Origin: Paraspadella gotoi
Taxonomy: Eukaryota > Animalia > Chaetognatha
Reading direction: 5' to 3'
Length of the DNA: 64,000 bases
Assembly: GCA_051294375.1 (NCBI GenBank)
Contig: CM119266.1
Coordinates: 997,554-1,061,553 of the forward strand
Shown here: one piece after another, positions 55,679 through 64,000 of the stretch
Layout: the number at the start of each line of letters is the position of its first letter
Numbering within the stretch: the stretch's first letter is position 1
The notes under the pieces: model-generated
What the model saw: the letters and a program-made list of their open reading frames with translations, nothing else
Databases searched by the model: none
Told to the model about the DNA's origin: nothing
Made by a program: the position numbers and the translations under genes

Positions 55679-56230
55679 AACGAAGAAGCTTCGAAAGGAC
55701 TCGCGAATCGAACCCGGAACCCTCGATCCGTATACCAACGACCTATCTTTCTCGGCCAATTTAAGGTCATCCCATCTTACAATCTTCCTCTCTCCTACGA
55801 TCGAATCTTCCGACCTCAAATTCCCTTCGACCCCAAAAAATCGTCTTTGCCGAGAAACGATTTCGACCTAAGACCGGAGGTCAGGATCGCCGATGAGGTG
55901 GGTGCACCGAGTAAGATAAATAAGTGGGTGGGGTAAGGTCGCGAGGCGAATGACGTCGAAATGAGGCTGCGACGTCGAAAGGGAGGAGCCGTATTTGTTT
56001 GCGACGGGGCGTTTAAATCTTTGGATGACAGTTAAAGGGTTTTTTTTTTTTCGTTTTAAAAGTGATCGAAAATTGTGGGAAAAAAGGACGGAAAAATAGA
56101 CGATTAAAAAAAATATCAAGCTGCGAAGATAAGCGCAGCGGCGAAGTTCGCTCGCAATGAATTATTTTCACAATGATTGATCTTTTGTCTTCTTGTTCTT
56201 CCTGACCCAGCCCTCTTCCTCATAGTGCTA

Positions 56231-56503
56231 TGAAATTGATAAAAAAATATAATAAAAATTATTCATTCATTTCATATGCAAGCTATCTTGCCCCTGACTG
56301 TGGACACTATGGACACTATGGTGGGTTAAGGTCTCCAAGGCCCTCTTACTAAGAGGGCCTTGGAGACCTTAACCCACCATAGTCTTAGTCTTACAAGATG
56401 ATAACATAACAACAAGGTACACGCTTTCAATTAAGATTTTCTCAGTGCGGCTACTGCGGCCTATTCACTCCAGAGTACCTGGCTTACCTATCAATGAAGT
56501 GGT
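56231..56503. mobile_element. Family A repeat, diverged, with internal perfect palindrome
   Basis: Core recognisable on both sides of 56315-56383. Confidence 0.8.
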
Positions 56504-57128
56504 TTAATGTTTTATTTGTAAAAATGACCACCTATATATTGAATAAATCAAATAATTTATCGCCTGCCCTTCCCGCGCACACCTCCCAAACCCCGCCCCC
56601 TCCCCAAAACTAGGAAAGTCCCGACTTGTCCCTCTCCGCGCCAGCTCAGCCACGGACACCTCGTTCACAACCTCGGGCGGCCACTGGAAGAGGTCGTCGA
56701 CGGCGAGAAGAGGCACTTTCGTCGAGGCGTCGTAACGAAGACTTTTTACAGAAAGAATTTAGGAAGAGGATTCGAGAGGGATCGACGTGTGCGGAGGAGC
56801 GGGAGAGGCGGTTTCGTTGAGACAATGAGAGCCGGGCGATTGCCACGATACGTTTGGAGGCTTATTTTTTGATTGGGGAGAAAGTCATTGGGAATTTGCT
56901 CTTCGGTAACATGTTAATTTTTTACTCAAATGACAAATACATATTTCGGCTTATTATTACATTCGCCGACCGGGATTTTGGGTCGGTTATTTGTTTTTCG
57001 CTTCTTATGAGCGACTATAGAAATATCATTACGCAAAAATGAATGATACTGGTAAGGGTAAAAAAATTTTATATCACAAATTTAATTTCGAGACCTCCCC
57101 TAAACCTAACTACCCCTAATCCTAAATG

Positions 57129-57330
57129 AGTTTTATTTAGAAATGTAAATTTCGGACATATTCCTGCTTCAATGTAAGTCTTCATAAGCGCAAAAACGAA
57201 TTTATTTATAAAATAAATATTTTCACAATATTAAAAAGAGTTTGTAAAAATATTTGTTTCACAAATCAATTTTTTTCGCGCTGATGAAGACTTATATTGA
57301 AGTTCGAAATTTATGTTTCTTAATAAAACT
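57129..57330. mobile_element. Inverted pair of Penelope-like terminal fragments with CTGATGA..GAAA core
   Basis: Arms ~57129-57228 and ~57241-57330; right arm gcgCTGATGAagacttatattgaagttcGAAA. Confidence 0.5.
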
Positions 57331-57426
57331 TGTTGTACATAAACAAAAAATTCATATTTCTACCTCAAACATAAAAATATCAATTAAAATAAATTTTAAA
57401 CTTATTATTTATTAAAAAAATTATAT

Positions 57427-57553
57427 GAAATTGGTACAACCAATATAAAAATTATCCATTCATTTAATAAATAAGCTATCTTGCCCCTGACTTTGGACAG
57501 GCTTGTGGTTTAAGGCCTCCATCACTCTTACAAGATAATTACATAGCTTTCAA
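57427..57553. mobile_element. Family A repeat
   Basis: Shared core. Confidence 0.85.
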
Positions 57554-59436
57554 TTACTTTACAAACTAAATCTCGACGATAGAGGGAAAACAAAATTAAA
57601 TGGATTAACCAAGCACCGACCGCTGGTACCTAAAGTTGGTTGCGGCCGTCGAATAGTAAAGTTACCCCATATTTCATTTCGGTCATATATAACTTACTTA
57701 TATAACTTACATATGCCGATAATTCGGATCTTTTTTTTCCCTTTCCCAAACTTTTTATACGGAGAAATTGTGAACAAAAGGGAATCTGCGTTTTAATAAC
57801 TAGATTAATAGCGAAAAAAAACAGACCTTTCCCCAGTATGTATCCCTATCAGAACATACAATTCTACATGGTAGTCTTATCCCTATTGTAAAAAAAATCA
57901 TATATAACGTTGGTCCCCCTCAAAAAATTATCCATTCCCACCCCTTTCTGTTCAGCCTCTTAGATATTATGATTTTTCATTAATGACTTTCTAACAGAAA
58001 TGATGTGTGATATCTATTAAAAACTAGGACAGATAGTAATCTAACCTTGTGTTGTATAGATGCTCCCTCTATTTCCAGAAGACAACACTGACTTCCCCTT
58101 CCCAAATTGAATTATTATATAAATAAAACATTTTTTAAAAAAGAAAGCAATATAGTGTTGAATTATAATATAGATTAATACTAAATCTTCATAAAAATAT
58201 TTAAAATATTATTAGAAAAATAGGAAATTAGGTTTTGACACAAGAATTTTTTGGCAAATTTTCATAACTGTAATTACAAGTATTCTCTTTATTAGCCAAT
58301 ACGAAATGGCGAAAAAAAATACAGCACAAATCCCTCGTACTTTTTAGCTTTTGTCTTTAGCTCATGTCGACCAAGGCCAAATGTCCGTACGTTGCGAAGT
58401 GGCGCCAACTGTAGCCGTGACCAGAACCCATAGCCGGCGAGTAGAGTACTCTCGGTCTTACCAGCGACAGGGTCTGAAAAGAAGCATTTTGATGTCTATT
58501 GTCTCAAGTCTAATAAAGTAACATCGACACCTTAGATTTGTCGTCGTCTTCGTCGAACTTGCAAAAGTTTCTGTTGTTGTTGTTGTTGTTTTCGCAACGG
58601 GCGCATTGGCGTCGCCCCTCGCATTTCTTCACGAAAAGTAAGGTTTCATAGAACTTCAAGAAAGGAATTTAACCCTCACTTACCTTTGACTTTTCTTTGG
58701 TATTTGTTTTTTTCCCCATTATTTAGAAAAAGGGAAAAAAGTTAAAAAAATAAATAAATTTAAAAAAAAAAATTAAAAAAACCCTTTACCATGCTCGATT
58801 TCGCCTATTTAACTTTCATAGCGAATTCCTGCTCAACAATACGTTCTATCTGGTAATTGAGTTAAATCTAATCTGTAACCCCTATACCGTCAGAAAACTA
58901 TTAAATAATAATAGCAACATTTAAGGTTGTATTTTTTTTTTCAAAAGTCAAATGCAATTGGTATAATTTAGCGAATTAATCATTCTGAAACTGAAAAGGC
59001 CTTTTAGTCATTGAGCGCTAAAACGTAAAGTAAGGCGTAGGATTTTTGAGCTACGAATGTAAAAGGGAGACGGTGGGATATAAAGCTTTGCAAAAATATA
59101 GCGAGTCCATTAGCGAAGAAAAAAAAACAATGATCAAGCTAACAATTGTAGTTTCATTTGACCACCCGTCAAACCAAATCTTTGTAAAGCAGAATTAGAT
59201 TTAGAAGAAAATATTGCTTCTTAAAAGCAAAAGTTAACATAATCGGGGTGTATAAATTCATAACAACTGGGAGAGGAGAGAGAAGAGGAGAAAAGAGAAG
59301 TTGTGGCGAATAGTCGTCTCGCTGGCCGAGTGCCGCAAAAACGCCAAAGAGGTCAGAGAGAGAGAGAGAAAGAGATAAATACCGTCAGGAGAATCTGCAG
59401 GTAATGAAGTGGCAAGGACGATAAGCGAAATTCCCT

Positions 59437-60209
59437 TCAAACTTTCATCCGCCACATTATCAAAGCGGCGTCGTCCGTCTCTTGCGCAAGACGCTGACTG
59501 GATCCGGCACCGCTGCTGCCCGCGCTGCTGCCGCCGCTTCCAGTCGACGCCCCTCCGTCGCCGCGTTTTTGCGTAACCAATTCAACGCCGTCGTCCATCG
59601 GATGCCAGGAACAGTAGCCATCGCCGCCGCTGACGATGAGGGAAGTTCTCTCCTGCGGCGTCGGAAAGGCGGGTATCGTTTTTGCGGTGGCGGCGTCGGC
59701 AACGGAATCGACGCCGGAAACGCCGTCCCCGCTCTGCGTCGTTGTGGTGGAGGAAGAGGCTATGGAGGCGTCCATGGGCGTCGTCGTCACGTCTTTACGA
59801 GACCCGTGAAGGCTCGGGGTTTCAGGAGTGGGCGACGGGTCGTGAGAGGAAAGCGGGGTCGAGCTGCGGCGGCGAGCGAGGTGGAGGGGCAAAGGCACGG
59901 GCCTCTCGAAGCCTCGTGGAGCGGCCGGGTCGAAGACTGTAGCGTCTAGATTCTCGACGAGGGTCGGCAAAGGAGACGAGGGACCTCCGGTTCCGCAGGC
60001 GGAGACGACGCTGTCGACGCGGGCCGTTCGCGCCGGCGGCGTCGGCGGCGGTGGGCGTAGAGGCTCGGTAGGTGCGGGGGAGAGGCGCATGTGGGCGTGG
60101 CCCATCATGACCGAGGGGGAGAGGATAGACTGACGAGCCTTGCGGATGGACTGACGCGCCTTTTTCTTGACAGTCGAGTAGAGCGAGGCCTCGCTTCCTG
60201 TCGCCGCGC
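59437..60209 (-). CDS. ARHGEF10-like terminal exon
   Basis: tttttaag acceptor, SGGDGY and LIMW motifs, TGA stop. Confidence 0.85.
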
Positions 60210-62445
60210 CTTAAAAATTAGAAATACTATAGGACTTGTGATTAATTAATTTATTTATCAAAATTTTGCCATCTACGCTATAGTAATAAACAATTAGACG
60301 AAAATATCATGTCAATTATCCACCCCTCCAGCCGTCAACCACCTTGCGCTGCCGGAATCTTGACGATCCCCTTCCCAAGTCCGTCCTCCACTCTCCCAAG
60401 CAGCCCCGAGAGGATGTTCTCCTGCGACGAGGCCTTCCGCGCGTTCTGATTCAAAATGGCGTCGTTGCAAGTCGCCTCCGCCGCCTCCACGTCCAGCGCC
60501 GCTCCGCGCATGAGTGATTTGTAGAGGAAGGAGACGTCGCGTTCCACGGGGTCGTCGACGAGGTTGGAGAATGATGCTCGGGAGGAAGAGGGGGCGAGGT
60601 TGGAGAATGAGCCGCGGGAGGAAGAGCGAGGGAGGAAGGGTTCAGAATCGACTGAAGTTGGAGAAGAAGAGGGCAGAGTAGAAGGGGTTTTAAATTAATA
60701 GTAGGGTAGGTCGAATTCTCAAATCATCATCGTCATCAACATGTGCATTTTAAGTTAAAAAAACCTTGTTATAAACTTAATGATGATCATCATAAAACGA
60801 TTTAACCATCCGTCATCTCCAACCTGCTCCAGTTTGTTCCTTATTCTCATCGGCTTCGACCGCAGCGTCTTCGGCGTCTACGAGCGACGGAGGCGTCCGA
60901 TTTTCGGCGCCGAACTCGACGGTTTCTTCGACGTCGAGTCGTTGTTCTGACGTCGCCACGGGAGGATCGGTGAAGTCGAGATCGGAGGGAGAGACGACGA
61001 TTTCCTGACGAAGGAGTTGGTCAAACGTTGATATATGTATGACAAGAAGGTAATTATGAATAGAGAAATACAATGAGGACTTTCTGGGTAAGTTGACAAT
61101 CATCGTCCCTGTCAAACGAGGGTCTCACCTCCCGAGCAGCCAACGATTCCCTCGACGCCCGCGTTCCGTCCAAAGACCCTTCCGCTAACTCTGCCCGACC
61201 CTCTTCCTCCGCCGACGTGTCCGCCCGCCTCGCGACGCCTGGCATCACGGGCATCACGGGCAAGATGAACCGCACAGGACCTTTGTGGGCGTGGTAGCAC
61301 ATAGAAACCCGACCGGAAATGAGAGGCGCGCCCTCGAGTCGAGGGAGGGCGAGGACGAGGATGATGCCGACCGAAGTACCGACCCAGAGGAATCCGGGCG
61401 AGGAGGCCACGCAGGAGACGGTCGGTTCGTGGAGAGATGGAAAGCGCTCGTGGGAGTCTTTGAGGAGACGGTGGATGGAGGAGGCCACGTTGAGGTCCTG
61501 GAGGTGAGGGGAAAAAAATTAATCTCACAAATCTCACAAATCTCACAGGAAAATAAATGGTTGGCATCACCCTACAACAACAACAACCACGCTTCCCCCT
61601 ATTCAGACCTGCAACAACTGAAAGGTCTCCAAGTAGTAGAGGTGCAAGACTTGGGAGTCCTTGAACGCGACCCAGAGGGCGTTGCCCGTTTTGACGAGAT
61701 GAGAAATAAGGAGAGACTCGTGGATCTCGCGCGTCGCTTCCGACTTTTCTGATGCGACGTCGATAACATGGATGGCGCTGCCGCAAGAGGCCCAGAGGCT
61801 CGCGTCGATCAAAACCTACGTCGTGATGAGACCAATTAAATTATAAATGAATAATGAATATGATACATGCAAAATATAAAAAAACAAAACAACAAATGAA
61901 AAAGAAAAATTTTTTTTAGACTTGTTTGATATTCGGTTCTGATAATACAAATACAAATGATAACTTTGATCATAAAAAGGTTACCCGGAGCCTTATAACT
62001 TTTATTGATATTTTACAATATAAAAAAAATATTCTGGAGCATTTACAGCATTAATGTATTTTTAATACCGCTCTTTTTTGAACATATGAATTAAGATTTA
62101 TCCCTGAATCTATTTGACATGAGACTTAGAAAAGGCAAGGATTTTTAATAGTAATGGTTTAACTCAAAAAGTAATGAGACAGCTCATATAAATCACAAAA
62201 GGCCAAAGTTTTTTTATATCTAAATTTTATTTTTCGATTTTTACATTAAAATGCCGAATAATAGCTGGAAAGTAACCGCGAGAATTTTTTTTCCATCATG
62301 GTATTAGAAAGACTATTTTTCCCAAAAATTTTAAAAAATTACAAAAACTAGGAACGGTCTTTTCGACAGGTGTTTGCTTTTATCGCGAACATTAAAAAAA
62401 GCGGTACTCGCTTTAATCTCGCCGCCGGTGACTTCCGGCAAAATC

Positions 62446-62502
<57 letters not shown>

Positions 62503-63835
62503 GGGAGTAAATGGTCTATAAATGTTTATTACCATCGCGGCGACGGGTTGATGGCCCAAACAGAGGAGACGACAATCTCTCAAACACCAAAATCCATCCG
62601 CGCTTCTTTGGTAGACGGCGATGCGACCGTCCTCTAAGCCTGAGATGTGAACGAGATGTGAACGAGATGTGAACATCATGTAAATATGTAAATCATGTAA
62701 ATAAGAAAACACGAAGAGAAAAAAAAAAGAAAGAAATACAAGTAAACGCTTTGTTCGCAGAAGAGTCACGTGTGCAAAGTCAGTTTGTTTCATGTTGAAA
62801 TATGAAAATGTTACTGAAAACTTTTTCTAAACTTTCAGGAAGGGCTAAACTCTTGTTTAAAAAGGTTTAATTATAAAATTTGTCTATCATGTTTGAAAAT
62901 TAGAATTATAACTTTATCTTGGAAAAGCTAATACTAAAGTTGAGCTGTTCTCAAAAAGAGAAAAAAAGAAAAGGAAGGCAAAATGGAAAAGAAGAAACGT
63001 ACCGAAAAAGACTTTGTCCTCGATGGCCCTGACGATGGTGGCCGCCTCGGGAGTGAGAAAGGAAGCGAGGTCGACCTTCCGTGGTGACTCGAGGCAATAG
63101 ATCCTCACCCGTCGGCTCTTGGCCGCCACCCAGAGGGTGTCGGTGGGGAAAATGAGGGTGTTGGCGTCTCTGAAGGTGGGTATAAGAAAGAGCAATGAAA
63201 TTGGTACAACCAATATAAAAATTATCCATTCATTTAATAAATAAGCTATCTTGCCCCTGACTTTGGACAGACTTTGGTGGTTTAAGGCCTCCATCACTCT
63301 TACAAGATAATGACATAGCAGGTCCCTGCAAGCTTTCAATTAAGACTCTCTCAGTTTATTCACTTCCAGAAAATATTTCAAAGAATGTTTCAATTGTATG
63401 AAAAGATCACTCCCTTAAACTGAAAATCTGTTTGGAATGTATTTTTATACATAATACATTTACAAATCCGGGGCTGACTCGCAATAAATCTTCATATTTC
63501 CAATGAAGTCACGATTTTGTAAGAGGAACTGGGATTTTGTTGTCGTTGTTGCCAATAAAACTAAGATCGCAATTCTTTCACTAACACACTTACTTAATCC
63601 CTCACTCACTTACTCCCTCACTCACCCGACGGCCTGGTCGACGGCGGGCCCCGGCGTCCCTGCGACGACCTCCATGGCGGTGATGCGGCACTCGGCCAGC
63701 GAGACGCTCTCCGCCACGACGGGTTCGCGCCTTCGGAGCGAGACAACGTCCACACGGGAAGAGAATTTGTCGCAGCTGCCGACGAGGAGTTGGGAGATGC
63801 CGGGCAGACCCGTCGACGGGGAAATGGGGGTATAT
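59437..63835 (-). CDS. ARHGEF10: Rho guanine nucleotide exchange factor 10/10L-like, C-terminal beta-propeller region (5' part outside window)
   Basis: Exons 63626-63835, 63003-63169, 62533-62639, 61609-61815, 61129-61497, 60824-61004, 60343-60651, 59437-60209; all GT-AG and phase-consistent. LWVGTSVGIILVLALPRLEGAPLISGRVSMCYHAHKGPVRFI resembles ARHGEF10 [40 protein letters not shown]; ends LIVSGGDGY...ALIMWRMKV*. DH domain not visible. Confidence 0.8.
61129..61497 (-). CDS. ARHGEF10-like exon with LWVGTSVG / YHAHKGPVRF
   Basis: 123 codons, canonical splice sites. Confidence 0.9.
63196..63418. mobile_element. Family A repeat, long copy in ARHGEF10-like intron
   Basis: Shared core plus extension. 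Confidence 0.85.
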
Positions 63836-64000
63836 CTGGGAGGGAGGATTGAATGAGGCAGACGTAAAAATGGTATCGGGGATTCGCCAGAGGGAAACAA
63901 AGATGTAAATACAAATAAAGAATAACATAATTCAGTCGCAACTTGCAAAACGACGCCGGAAGCACAGACTCGCACGATGGCGCTTATGCACGACTGGACA

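Noticed and set aside
55298-55871. RSVG/PTDR-repeat ORFs
   Set aside because: Translation of (GACC)n.
62914-63339. Single 141-aa ORF starting MKACRDLL
   Set aside because: The N-terminal part is family A repeat in an intron; only 63003-63169 is exonic.
63940-64000. Further ARHGEF10-like exon at the window edge
   Set aside because: No phase-compatible donor could be fixed with the sequence available.

Overview
Eukaryotic (metazoan, probably invertebrate) genomic DNA: AT-rich, spliceosomal introns, dense microsatellites and four gaps of exactly 25 N. Three genes can be reconstructed by hand from splice sites and phases. (1) A minus-strand giant coiled-coil gene starts at ATG 39794. It has JAKMIP/RIMBP3-like coiled coils and continues through a RIM-BP-type SH3 and an FN3 domain to a stop at 11442 (about 17 exons, roughly 2,700 aa); its 3' half is scattered across a misassembled region. 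(2) A three-exon plus-strand gene (9510-10687), seen only in part by the ORF track, encodes an 88-aa secreted cationic peptide with one fibronectin type I-like 4-Cys module. (3) The 3' eight exons of an ARHGEF10/10L-like gene lie on the minus strand (59437-63835). The first ~26 kb is dominated by what look like long-read gap-filling artefacts: a 12.6-kb fold-back (8160-20775), a smaller fold-back (21690-23310) and two noisy direct duplications next to gaps. The duplicated arm lacks a 255-bp insertion with a 4-bp target-site duplication, so it probably derives from the other haplotype. Also present are an abundant short interspersed repeat, Penelope-like hammerhead-type motifs, a tRNA-like element, a long-TIR foldback element and a perfect 34-bp palindrome. 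All protein family calls are from recalled motifs, not database searches.
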